A DNA stretch of 64,000 nucleotides from Longimicrobiales bacterium (GCA_965248195.1 CBDFIQ010000001.1:384001-448000); one strand, 5' to 3'. Counted from the stretch's first letter, positions 8,669 through 17,274 are shown. Program-made: numbers and translations. Notes: generated by a model from the letters alone, not told the origin.

Positions 8669-9346
8669 TCACCGCGCTGTCCTCACCGCCCGATCGAAGC
8701 TCGCCTCGAAGTTGCTCTCGAAGCTCTGCTCGAACACGGTCTGGGCCGTGACCTCGAACTCGAGCGAGGGCTCGATTTCGGCTTTCGGCGTGAACGAGAA
8801 GAGCATCCTGAGCTTTCCGACGCGACGCTGACCCCGTGGCTTACGCTTTCCCCCACGCCGTCCAAGCCGCTGCAATATCGCCCCGGTGCCGTCGGACTTG
8901 CGGATCATGAACGTGCGCTTCTTGCCCCTGTGGACCTCGGCCCTCGGGCCGCTGCCCCAGCGTTCGAACTCCAGACGCCGGGGTCGCATGACCCTCGACA
9001 CCACACCGGTCTTGCCCCTCCGCACTTCATCGGGCACGGCCAGGCGTGTGCCACGAGGCCGCACTGTCCCGCCCTCCTCGAACTTGAACAAGAACCCACG
9101 GCTTGGGTCGATTTCTACGATGGCCTCGAGGTCTCGCTTCGTGCTGAACTTGCTGACCTTCACGCCCTGCAGCACGTAGGGCCTGCGGATCGTGAAGCGC
9201 CGGCGCATCCCGTCGCGCTGCACAGCCTGGATTCCTTTGGCGGTGTGATTGATCGCCAGCGACGTGGCAAACGGCACCTGGTCGCGGAACAGGAAGCGGA
9301 GCGACCGCACGACCTCGGCCGCATTGGTATCCACGTCGATTCTCAT
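8669..9346 (-). CDS. Phage protein, gpZ/tail-completion-like
   Basis: 'QVPFATSLAINHTAK...FTIRRPYVLQG...EEGGTVRP' pattern; Arg-rich; located just upstream of cos/terS. Confidence 0.6.
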   Translation of the reverse strand: MRIDVDTNAAEVVRSLRFLFRDQVPFATSLAINHTAKGIQAVQRDGMRRRFTIRRPYVLQGVKVSKFSTKRDLEAIVEIDPSRGFLFKFEEGGTVRPRGTRLAVPDEVRRGKTGVVSRVMRPRRLEFERWGSGPRAEVHRGKKRTFMIRKSDGTGAILQRLGRRGGKRKPRGQRRVGKLRMLFSFTPKAEIEPSLEFEVTAQTVFEQSFESNFEASFDRAVRTAR

Positions 9347-9458
9347 GCCACCGCCCTCCGGTCATGCCCCTCGACCGTGATGTGCCCCAAGTTATCGGGC
9401 CCGAGCATGGAAGTATTCGGTGCTATTTGGCACCTCTGTGACGCCCTTCGCATGAATG

Positions 9459-9511
9459 AAAAAACCCGACACCTCGATCCCCTTGCGCTCTCTGGGGGTC
9501 GTGGTGCCGGG
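9459..9511 (-). terminator. Intrinsic terminator in the late-operon leader
   Basis: About 17-bp imperfect stem (9465-9482 with 9495-9511) followed by T6 on the minus strand. Confidence 0.7.
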
Positions 9512-9552
9512 GTCCCGGTATGGGGTGCCCGACGTCGCTTTTACTGTCTACA

Positions 9553-9582
9553 AAGCTAGGGCTTCTGGTCCTGCCGGGTCAA
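9553..9582 (-). promoter_or_regulatory. Putative sigma70 promoter for the late operon
   Basis: TTGACC-18 bp-TAGCTT on the minus strand. Confidence 0.5.
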
Positions 9583-9684
9583 CAGGAGCAGGTCGTCTCG
9601 TGCATCACGTGTTGTTATCGTGTTCCGTAACGCGATAATGCACGATCAAAATGATGGGTAGTGTACTAATTACCCTCGAAGGGC

Positions 9685-9891
9685 CTATTCGCCATCCTCG
9701 GATGCGACCGGCTGCCGTGTGATCCGTCCCTTGTACATCTCAAGATTCGTCGCGATGGCCTTTTTCAGTAGTTCGTAATCGGCCTCGCTCATGGGGATTG
9801 GCATCCGCAAAGTAGCAGTTCCGCCATCCAGTAGAACCGGGAGATCAAACGGTTCACTAGCTCTCATGCGGTACCCCCTTTGTGGACCCAT
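9685..9891 (-). CDS. Small hypothetical protein
   Basis: ORF track; protein-like composition; start uncertain. Confidence 0.4.
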   Translation of the reverse strand: MGPQRGYRMRASEPFDLPVLLDGGTATLRMPIPMSEADYELLKKAIATNLEMYKGRITRQPVASEDGE

Positions 9892-10369
9892 GAGCCAACG
9901 TTCTGAGAAACGCTAGGATCAACCGAAGGGACGGGGGTAGGCGGTCGCGTTCGTTGCCCGCAAAGGTGATGACCGTGACCTCCTGCCCCCAACTCGTATA
10001 CCGACGAGTCACGTCCTCAATGTACCGGACGTGACGGGCGAGACGATGGGCATGTGAGTCAAATGCTCCAGCCATCGGGCGGTTCAACCATAGCCACAGG
10101 TGGCCAGCGTCCCGCTCCCCGCCCTGTCTTACATGGCCCGCGCAGGACTGAAGGGTGCAGACGCCCGGTAGCGCGTTGATGCGGTCGCACCACGGTACAA
10201 TATCGGGATCAGGGTAACCGACACCGCCGGAATCTCCCTCTGGGACGAGCTGTACCTTCGCCTCACCCCACGACGCCAAAACAAATTCCTTGTCGGCGTT
10301 AGTCAGCCATCGATTCTCTGAAAACAGATTTTCGCGTGTCAACCCCTTCGGCCCCTTCTCAAGATTCAA
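9857..10369 (-). CDS. Hypothetical protein with TYW3/Taw3-like N-terminal motif
   Basis: 'DPDIVPWCDRINALPGVCTLQSCAGH' resembles the D..I.....IN....T.SSC.G motif. Confidence 0.55.
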   Translation of the reverse strand: MNLEKGPKGLTRENLFSENRWLTNADKEFVLASWGEAKVQLVPEGDSGGVGYPDPDIVPWCDRINALPGVCTLQSCAGHVRQGGERDAGHLWLWLNRPMAGAFDSHAHRLARHVRYIEDVTRRYTSWGQEVTVITFAGNERDRLPPSLRLILAFLRTLAHGSTKGVPHES

Positions 10370-10599
10370 ACTGACCCACTACCAAGTAGAAGGGAGGTGG
10401 TGCCTATGATATTCTGATGCCCCTGGTCAAAGCCCCAGGGGCCACCTTCCCGGTTTGTTTGGTCGTTGGGTCGGCTGGCATTTGCGAACGGCTCGGATGT
10501 TCTCCAGACGGGCCAGTCGGTCCAGCGGCCAAGCATTCGGAATATACGGTGTTGTGCGCCGTTCGTGAAGTATCCTGCATCCGTTAAGGGGGTAGAGTA

Positions 10600-11205
10600 G
10601 TGCCTAATCCTGACCAGAGCCTCGACCAGTTTCTGGCCGAATTGGAGGCGGAGTACGCGGCTCTCGGCGACAAGATCGCCTTCATCCGTGAGCGCCTTGG
10701 TCTTGAGCCGGGCCAGGGGGATACGGGGCCGCTCCAGTCGTTCGGTATGGCATCTAATGGCTCTCGATCCTCTGGCACGGTCCGGGGTGACGAGTTTTTC
10801 GGCATGTCGCTCCCAGACGCAATCAGGGCCTATCTCGCAATTGTCAAGAAGCCCCAAACGCCAAAACAGATAGAGACGGCCATTCTCTCCGGTGGCCTCA
10901 TCACCACGGCAAAGTACTTCTATGCCAACGTCTTTACGGCGCTCAAGCGGCTCCGGGAGTCTGAAGAGGTTATTCAGGTGCCAGGCAGCGGCTATGGGCT
11001 GGCGGAGTGGTATAAGGGCCGGACGATGACGCCCGAGCAGGGAGCGGCAGTCAAGACCAAGGCCACGAAGCGCCCCAAAAAGAAGGCCAAGAAGCCGCCG
11101 ACCGCCTACCAGCGCTTCGTCTCGGAGCAGTTGAAACAAGGTAAGACAATGAGTGACGCCGCTGCTGCCTGGCGTGCCCAAAAGGCTGCTATGGACACGT
11201 CCTAG
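10600..11205 (+). CDS. Winged-HTH DNA-binding protein with Lys-rich linker and HMG-box-like tail (moron)
   Basis: N-terminal coiled coil; 'FFGMSLPDAIRAYL...TPKQIETAILSGG...VFTALKRL...GYGLAEWY'; tail 'KKPPTAYQRFVSEQLKQGKTMSDAAAAWRAQK'; the only clear plus-strand gene in the prophage. Confidence 0.75.
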   Translation: MPNPDQSLDQFLAELEAEYAALGDKIAFIRERLGLEPGQGDTGPLQSFGMASNGSRSSGTVRGDEFFGMSLPDAIRAYLAIVKKPQTPKQIETAILSGGLITTAKYFYANVFTALKRLRESEEVIQVPGSGYGLAEWYKGRTMTPEQGAAVKTKATKRPKKKAKKPPTAYQRFVSEQLKQGKTMSDAAAAWRAQKAAMDTS

Positions 11206-11506
11206 CGCCCCCACACACGAACCCCCGTAGCTCGTCCGGTCTGTCACCGATCAAAACCCTGCGGTTGCGCTGGTGCACGCAAGTATGTTATTGTCCTAGT
11301 TTGAAGTGGTCGGCTTGATCCGCTTCCGCTGTTCAGCACTACGGACACGCGGGTTTTCGTCAGTTCAGCCGCCGCCGGGCTCGCCTTCAGACTACTGGAG
11401 ACGACATCGGGAAGCGGTGATTTGGCCTTGAAGATGTTGGTGATGGCCAATCACGCCCCCGTTGAGGTGGTGGTAGGAACTGCTGGTAGACGAACCTCCC
11501 GCCTTT

Positions 11507-11668
11507 TTAGCTCTTTATCAGGAAGAAGAGCTGTGCGCAGGCGACGAAGAGGGTCAGGAAGGTGAGAACGACGACGACCCGGGTCAGGACGGTCGTGGTC
11601 CGGTTCAATCGCTCCACAAAACGCTTGGTGAGGACCGTGTTCAGCGTGATGCATCGATTACTCGCCAT
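11507..11668 (-). CDS. Small membrane protein (53 aa)
   Basis: Not in the ORF track; MASNRC...ERLNRTTTVLTRVVVVLTFLTLFVACAQLFFLIKS* has one clear TM helix. Confidence 0.4.
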   Translation of the reverse strand: MASNRCITLNTVLTKRFVERLNRTTTVLTRVVVVLTFLTLFVACAQLFFLIKS

Positions 11669-11813
11669 GAGCCTGACGTGGCCGCTACGGATAGCGGTAG
11701 TAGAGCTAGAGCACAGTACATCCAGGTTCCTGCAAGTAGCTCCTGTCCTTGAATGCGACGTTGACTTGTTTCCTCTGCGGGCCAGGCGGAACGGTTCGCG
11801 GAGTACAACCCCG

Positions 11814-12026
11814 TCATGAGCCGGCGGGTCCTGCGGCCACGGTTTCCCGCTCCGTGTCCCCTCGCTCGTCCGTGCTGTCCAATGTCCGCCATTCCACGGT
11901 CCGGATACGGCCCGTTTTGAAGTGCACGTACAGGTGGCCCGTGTGCTCGTTCTCCGGCAGCAGACGTAGCCGTGCGTCCACGATCTCCTGGAGCACCCGG
12001 CGGACCTCGGTGTCGCTGCTCACCAC
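11814..12026 (-). CDS. Small protein, YezD/DUF2292-like pattern
   Basis: Helix followed by 'TGHLYVHFKTGRIRTVE'; overlaps the upstream gene. Confidence 0.5.
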   Translation of the reverse strand: MVSSDTEVRRVLQEIVDARLRLLPENEHTGHLYVHFKTGRIRTVEWRTLDSTDERGDTERETVAAGPAGS

Positions 12027-12202
12027 CCCATGTTCCTCACGATCCAGCGCCAGGCCCAGACGTTCAGCGGGATCACCGATAGCAGCAGCCCGCTCAGAAG
12101 GCCGACCAGGATGAGCGTCGTCACCACGCCATAGAACGTCTTGCGGATGCGGGTGCCTGGGGGAAGACCCGGCTTCATCGTGGTCTTGCCGTTGCGCCTC
12201 AC
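12020..12202 (-). CDS. Small membrane protein
   Basis: GGAGGTGG RBS, GTG start, one long hydrophobic segment. Confidence 0.55.
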   Translation of the reverse strand: MRRNGKTTMKPGLPPGTRIRKTFYGVVTTLILVGLLSGLLLSVIPLNVWAWRWIVRNMGW

Positions 12203-12411
12203 GCCACCTCCCTCACGTCCCGGTGAACTCGGTTCAACAACCGCGAGAATCCATTCATGTTTCGGGATCTTCTGGTTCGACTTCTTGATGGTCGGGCTCT
12301 TCGCTACCGGGAGCTAACGGCTTAGGGCTCACCGCACGGGGCGATCGGAGCGATTGGCAAGAGGTCCAAGATGCCCTGCCTGGGGGCAGCACATCCCGAA
12401 CCGGTAGTGTC

Positions 12412-12957
12412 CTAATTTGAATCTGGTAGCCGCCCCATATTGGTTCTCATCTTTGGGAGCGCGTCTCCAGGGCCGTCGTGGCGGAAGGCGACAAGACGAA
12501 TCGCCATGTCTGCTGCCCGGCTTTCTACGTGCCGGATAGCCGTGCGGAGATTTGGGGTACGGTCAGTAAGGTAGTTGGAAAGTTCGTTGTCCGGGACGAT
12601 GATGATGCCGGCGTCGATCACGCCCGCCATGAGGTCGTCACGAAGGTGAATCACGTCCACGGCCAGTAGGTCGCTCCGGCCAGAGACTTGAACCTCAACC
12701 CCGACCTTCGCGCCGCTATCGTTGGCCTTCGACCAATCGATCCCCCCGACTGTCACTTTGGTCCATCCGCCAGCTTGCTCGAAGCCCGCGTCGATCATCT
12801 CCCTGAGTCCCTTTGTGCCGTTCGCGTGCTTCTTCTCCTCAACCCGTAGGTCGACCTCAAGCGTTGCTATCGCCTCGTTTACGAGTTCGTCGAGGCCGAG
12901 CCTGGTGCTCCGTGCCCCGAAGCCGTTGTAGTCACGTACAGTGGTGACCTTTGCCAC
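12412..12957 (-). CDS. Type II restriction endonuclease, BglII/BstYI/BamHI-like fold
   Basis: 'IDW...VGVEVQVSGRSDLLAVDVIHL...IDAGIIIVP' catalytic pattern; directly downstream of the MTase. Confidence 0.7.
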   Translation of the reverse strand: MAKVTTVRDYNGFGARSTRLGLDELVNEAIATLEVDLRVEEKKHANGTKGLREMIDAGFEQAGGWTKVTVGGIDWSKANDSGAKVGVEVQVSGRSDLLAVDVIHLRDDLMAGVIDAGIIIVPDNELSNYLTDRTPNLRTAIRHVESRAADMAIRLVAFRHDGPGDALPKMRTNMGRLPDSN

Positions 12958-12959
12958 GG

Positions 12960-13895
12960 TCAGGACGCCACGGCGTCCAAGGTAGGAGCGTCCCGGGACT
13001 CCTCCACGTGGTCGTCGTTCTGGTGGTGCTTGATACCGCCGTTAAGCCTGGCGATCGTGGCGTCAGGTGACTCAATTTCGATCCCGATCCAATGCCGATG
13101 CCTTTGCTCGCAGACAGAATAGGTAGTCCCACTTCCCCCGAAGGGGTCGAGTACCAAGTCGCCAGGATACGTGCTGATCTCCACAATCCGCTCGATCAGT
13201 TTCGTGCTCACAGCATTAGCGCTCCGCTCGCTCGGCTTGAACTTCGAGTGACGGACCGGCGGGATGTCTGTCCACACATCCTTGAGGTTCACGCCGTTGA
13301 GATTCATGGCGCTACGGTGCCCGCCGTAGTCCCGGATCTCGCCGCCGCAGTGCCGGCAGGTCTCGATCGGGGTCCTGATCCGCTGGAAGCGACCCGGCTT
13401 TCCTTTTGTGAAGTAGAGAAGCGAGTAGTGGGCCGGATAGAGCCTGCCGGTGATCGGCAGGCAGCTCTTCTGCTCCACGGCGATCCAATGCCGGAAGTCG
13501 AGTCCCCGGACGGACAGGAACGCCCCGAGGTGGATATTCCACTTTGGCAGATTGTACACGAAGATCGCGCCCCCAGGCTGGACGATGCGGATGCACTCGT
13601 CGAGCCAGCCGTAGCACCATTCCAGGTAATCGTCCTCGGGATGGTCGTCGGAGCTTTTCGCGCCGTACTTTTTGTTGAGGTTGAAGGGTGGGTCGGCGAA
13701 GACGGCATCAACGGTCTCAGATTCGATGGCAGGCAGAATATCCATACAGTCCGCTTGGTAGAGTCGGCCCAGGTCGGTCACCACCACCGGCTCAATCGCT
13801 AGGCGTCCTTCTGCCATTAATCCCCCCTCCGTTCGTCGTGGGTTTTCTGCCTCGTATCCTGCATGATCGAGGCCTGGAGCGCCAGTGTCGGTCAT
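12960..13895 (-). CDS. Beta-class amino-DNA methyltransferase, M.BamHI-like (probably N4-cytosine); alternative start at 13817
   Basis: Motif IV 'DPPFN' precedes motif I 'VLDPFGGSGTT'; 'LYPAHYSLLY', 'TCRHCGGEIRDYGG', 'DVWTDIPPVRH'. Confidence 0.92.
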   Translation of the reverse strand: MTDTGAPGLDHAGYEAENPRRTEGGLMAEGRLAIEPVVVTDLGRLYQADCMDILPAIESETVDAVFADPPFNLNKKYGAKSSDDHPEDDYLEWCYGWLDECIRIVQPGGAIFVYNLPKWNIHLGAFLSVRGLDFRHWIAVEQKSCLPITGRLYPAHYSLLYFTKGKPGRFQRIRTPIETCRHCGGEIRDYGGHRSAMNLNGVNLKDVWTDIPPVRHSKFKPSERSANAVSTKLIERIVEISTYPGDLVLDPFGGSGTTYSVCEQRHRHWIGIEIESPDATIARLNGGIKHHQNDDHVEESRDAPTLDAVAS

Positions 13896-14551
13896 GCCAC
13901 CTCCCTCACGTCGCGGTAGGCCCGGATGAACGCCGCCGCGACTTGCGGGACGATCGCGTTGCCGTAGGCGCGCAGGCGTCCCACGCGGTTGGGAACCCCA
14001 TGAGCCAGCGGGAATGTGCCGGATTCAACGCGCCGCGCTTTCCCGTCCCCGCACGGGATGTACTCACCTGCCCAGGTAGCGCCAGGTTGCCCGCCCCGTG
14101 AGATGCGCGGTCCTTCGAGTCTCCCATCGTCGGCCTCGCCCAGCCCGCCATCTGTGCTGCCGCTCCGAGCGTCAGACCCGCTCCGTTGCCGTTGATTCCC
14201 TTCGCCTTCAAGCGCTCGACGCGCTCCAGGTGCTTCTCCGGGTCGCAACCCACGTTGAACGCTTGAGCGTCCGGCGTCGGCCACCCTGCGGCGAGCGCCA
14301 TCGTCTTGCGGCTGCTGTCGTTGTTGCCCGCTGCGTTGTATCCCTTCTGCGCTGGTGTCCCGGCCATCGGCGTCGCCCAGCCCGCCATCTGGGCCGCTGC
14401 TTTTAGGTCCAGGTTGTGACCGCTCACGCTGCCGATTTTGACGAACGTCTCCAGTGCCTCGTTGCTGTATTGGCGCATATCGTTCCTCCGCGATCAGGTT
14501 CCGCAGCCACTCGGCGGCATACGGCTCGATCTCGTTGTAGTAGGCTCTCAC
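13892..14551 (-). pseudogene. Phage C5-cytosine methyltransferase with catalytic core deleted
   Basis: Retains N-terminal '[18 protein letters not shown]' and motif X '[18 protein letters not shown]'; no FxGxG or PCQ motif. Confidence 0.75.
13906..14478 (-). CDS. Alternative-frame C5 MTase polypeptide (motif IX-bearing, EcoHK31I beta-like)
   Basis: Repeated 'GW(A/P)TP' units and '[16 protein letters not shown]'; GAGG RBS before ATG at 14478; nested in the gene above. Confidence 0.6.
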   Translation of the reverse strand: MRQYSNEALETFVKIGSVSGHNLDLKAAAQMAGWATPMAGTPAQKGYNAAGNNDSSRKTMALAAGWPTPDAQAFNVGCDPEKHLERVERLKAKGINGNGAGLTLGAAAQMAGWARPTMGDSKDRASHGAGNLALPGQVSTSRAGTGKRGALNPAHSRWLMGFPTAWDACAPTATRSSRKSRRRSSGPTAT

Positions 14552-14628
14552 GACGCTTCATGCCTCATCGCTCGCTCGGGGTGTGGGTGACAGAACATCA
14601 GCATTGGCAAGGCCGATGTGTGAAGGCG

Positions 14629-15099
14629 TTAACTGGCATCGGAGGTCTCCCGGTTCGGGCTACTGATTCTTTCTGGCTCACCGTGCCGCTCGACCAAGAA
14701 GCTTAGGTGGTCGACGATCATCGAATGGAACGGATACTCCCGGCCTTGGTCGGTGTGCTCGTGGAAGCGCATCGAATATTTCAAGAGCAGTCCGAGGCGC
14801 ATCATGGTTTTGGCCGCGATGACCTGGTGGGCGAGCAGTCGGGTCTGCGTGATCAGATCGTCTCCAGTCGGGGCGGGTGCCGTCTGCAGGTCCCGGATCA
14901 CCGGATGATCTTTGAGATTTGCAGAGTACAGTCGTCCGGTGGTCGCACGCTCGCGCACGGCCTGGTATTGCCATCCGATGGCCGGCCACTCGAAGTCTTC
15001 GATGAACGCGAACGCCTCCTTGGCGAGCTTTCGATCGAAAAGCGCGAACCTCACGAGTTCGGTCGCGGCCGCTTCTGCGCTCTCCATCAGGTGGGCCAT
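14629..15099 (-). CDS. Phage hypothetical protein
   Basis: GAGGAG RBS before ATG at 15099; overlaps the helicase stop. Confidence 0.65.
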   Translation of the reverse strand: MAHLMESAEAAATELVRFALFDRKLAKEAFAFIEDFEWPAIGWQYQAVRERATTGRLYSANLKDHPVIRDLQTAPAPTGDDLITQTRLLAHQVIAAKTMMRLGLLLKYSMRFHEHTDQGREYPFHSMIVDHLSFLVERHGEPERISSPNRETSDAS

Positions 15100-16007
15100 C
15101 GTGACTCCTCGTCGGGCGCTGCCTGGCGGACGCCATGGTGGCGATAGTTGAATTCGAGAGGCACGTCGATTCCCTGACGGCCGTGGCGGTTCTTTGCGAT
15201 CATGAGCCATGTGCGCCGCATGTGATCTTCATCCTCTTCCCGGGTGTGATCGAGCAGCCATACGAAGTGTGCGGCCCGCTCGAGCGCGGGGCAGGAGTCG
15301 AGTCCCTCAGCACGGGGCCGGACCTTAGGGAGAGAATTTCCGCGGTTCAGCTGGCTCGCCACGATGAGCAGCGACTTCGTGGCCTTCACGAACAGTTGCA
15401 GTTCTTTGGCCGCATCTTGGAGCTCGGCGAACTTCCGGGCGTCGCTACTCGCTGAGAGGATTTGGAAGTAATCGAGGCAAAACACTCGTACATCGTGAGC
15501 CGCATGGAGCTCGTACATCCATGCGAGAGCCGCCGCCGCATCTGGGATGTCGTCCGTGTGCTCGTTCGAGAAGAAGCGCCCGAGTGTGCCTCGCTCTCGG
15601 CCAGAGCGGATGGCCTCGGCTGCGGCTGCCGCTTTGCTGACGTCGTAGTGTCGGCCGGCCGTGATGGACCTCTGAGGGACCTGCGTGATGATCGAGTCGA
15701 TTGAAGGCGACGCTTCTTCGGCGTCGATCTCGAGTGTGAGGAAGCCGACTGCGACGCCCTGCATCACGATGTCCGCAGCCAGGTTCCAGAGCACTCGCGT
15801 CTTGTTGGAGCCGGTCCTGCCGCCGACCACGGCCAGGCGTCCTAGCGGGATGTTGCCGGGCGTGATCGACGTCACGCTGTCGCCGAGGTCCGGGATGAAA
15901 GAGGCGCAGACGTAATCGCGGCCGTGGTGCCTGCCCTCGCCGGCGGCAATCTTTCGCTTCTCCTGCCAAAATGGGGAGAGCAGGTCCAAGAATCTGAGTT
16001 CAGTCAT
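15087..16007 (-). CDS. DnaB-like replicative helicase (C-terminal domain)
   Basis: Walker A 'GRTGSNKT', 'FLTLE', 'LDYFQIL', 'SQLNR', 'IAKNRHG'; ATGA overlap with the upstream gene. Confidence 0.9.
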   Translation of the reverse strand: MTELRFLDLLSPFWQEKRKIAAGEGRHHGRDYVCASFIPDLGDSVTSITPGNIPLGRLAVVGGRTGSNKTRVLWNLAADIVMQGVAVGFLTLEIDAEEASPSIDSIITQVPQRSITAGRHYDVSKAAAAAEAIRSGRERGTLGRFFSNEHTDDIPDAAAALAWMYELHAAHDVRVFCLDYFQILSASSDARKFAELQDAAKELQLFVKATKSLLIVASQLNRGNSLPKVRPRAEGLDSCPALERAAHFVWLLDHTREEDEDHMRRTWLMIAKNRHGRQGIDVPLEFNYRHHGVRQAAPDEESRWPT

Positions 16008-16903
16008 CGGCGGGCGTTCGCTCGCATCGCTTCCAGATGGGCGGTTTGGGATGGGCTGTGAGGGAGCGTGTTGTTGGGGTTGGGTTGAGATGCTCTTGCA
16101 CTGGCGGACCCACCGAAATCGGGCGCCTTGCTCAGCCACAAGCGGAACGACGCGTCCCAGTCGAGTTGAGTCCGGCCGTTCGCCTGGGCGTGCAATCGGA
16201 ATCGTTCGGCCTCGCTCTCCACGTCGACTCCGAGCTCCGACGCCTTCGTGGCGTGCGTCTCAGACGGCCCCCAATCGTCTGGCAATCGCCTTTTTCTTTT
16301 TGCCCCCCGATAGGGGGGTTTTTCTTTAGCAGTATTCCGTTCTTCCGTATTCCGTTCTTCCGTATTCCGTTCTTCCGTTCTTCCGTGATCGGGTAGGGGA
16401 TCGGGTATCCCCTTCGGAGGGGATGGGGGAGGGGATAGGTCCGGGAAAGGCCTGACGAGCTCGTAGTAATCCGCGAAGTCGTTGACAACCTTGAGTTTAG
16501 GCAAGCCGCAAAGGTGCTTCATTACATTCTTGCGGTGGTTGTCGTTCGTTAGCGTTCGGCTCGGCTCGAACTTCAGGGCGTTGCGCAGCCAGAAAACGTT
16601 GCGTTCACGCATCAGCCATCCCATTCGAGGGGGATTGGGTATCCCCTCCGGTATGGGATTGGGTATCCCCTCCGAAGGGGGTTCGCCTTTAAGCTCGAAG
16701 AGAGCGTTTCGGACGTCTTCGGGTGGCAGGTTCGTCGCCTCGGATAGGACCGCCTCCGCAGCCGGAATGACGTCGATCCCCGTGGCCCCAAGGCGCAGCT
16801 TCAGGTGGAACCAGACGAGTTGTGCAGCCGCGCTCATGTCCACGAACTCGGGGCTCTCCAGGAGCACCGTATGGATCGCCCGATAGTCGCCCCGCTCAGC
16901 CAT
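16004..16903 (-). CDS. Phage replication initiator (O-like, DnaT-like C-terminus)
   Basis: Precedes the helicase; C-terminal 'RRLPDDWGP...ERFRLHAQANG...DWDASFRLWL'; internal DNA repeats. Confidence 0.75.
   Translation of the reverse strand: MAERGDYRAIHTVLLESPEFVDMSAAAQLVWFHLKLRLGATGIDVIPAAEAVLSEATNLPPEDVRNALFELKGEPPSEGIPNPIPEGIPNPPRMGWLMRERNVFWLRNALKFEPSRTLTNDNHRKNVMKHLCGLPKLKVVNDFADYYELVRPFPDLSPPPSPPKGIPDPLPDHGRTEERNTEERNTEERNTAKEKPPYRGAKRKRRLPDDWGPSETHATKASELGVDVESEAERFRLHAQANGRTQLDWDASFRLWLSKAPDFGGSASARASQPNPNNTLPHSPSQTAHLEAMRANARR
16303..16674. repeat. Iteron-like repeats inside the initiator gene (putative origin)
   Basis: TATTCCGTTCTTCCG x3.5 (16333-16385); GGGAT(T/C)GGGTATCCCCT(C/T)CG at 16397, 16631 and 16655; C6-GATA-G6 palindrome near 16303 between T-rich tracts. 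Confidence 0.75.
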
Positions 16904-17135
16904 CAACGGCCCGCCCTTTCTTGAGTATGGTGATTTCCCGGCACAGACAGCCGATGGCGAGCGCCAAAAGCAGGACGTCGCCACCGTCGCGGGCGCTGAT
17001 CTCGTGGACCAGCTCGTACGCCGTGTCCACGGCGCTGTGTACGTCAAAGTCCTGAGTCGCCAGGATCGCACTGACGCTCGGCGGCGTCAGATGGGCCAGG
17101 AACGGAACTGCGTTGTCGGGGAAAGGATCGCTCAT
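16896..17135 (-). CDS. Phage hypothetical protein downstream of the C4-like RNA
   Basis: ACAACGGAG RBS region before ATG at 17135; overlaps the initiator start. Confidence 0.6.
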   Translation of the reverse strand: MSDPFPDNAVPFLAHLTPPSVSAILATQDFDVHSAVDTAYELVHEISARDGGDVLLLALAIGCLCREITILKKGRAVDG

Positions 17136-17192
17136 GACGGTCGCTCCGTTGTCAGCTGTGACCGGAGCGACGACCGTGTTTAAGCGACCAGC

Positions 17193-17274
17193 GCCCCGGG
17201 GGTTAAACACCCTACAACGGCCGGGCCGGCGCTTTTTAGGCCGAAGCCCTGGACATGGGCGCCGCCCCCGGAGC
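17193..17274 (-). ncRNA. C4-type antisense RNA with flanking a/b targets
   Basis: Closing stem GCTCCGGGGG/CCCCCGGGGC, internal UUCG hairpin; GCCGTTGT and GTGTTTAA segments complementary to ACAACGG and TTAAACAC copies both upstream and downstream. Confidence 0.75.

Larger units (their letters stand above)
12199..13917. repeat. 26-bp direct repeat (12199-12224 and 13892-13917) flanking the R-M genes
   Basis: tcacgccacctccctcacgtcccggt vs tcatgccacctccctcacgtcgcggt, 24/26 identical. Confidence 0.85.
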
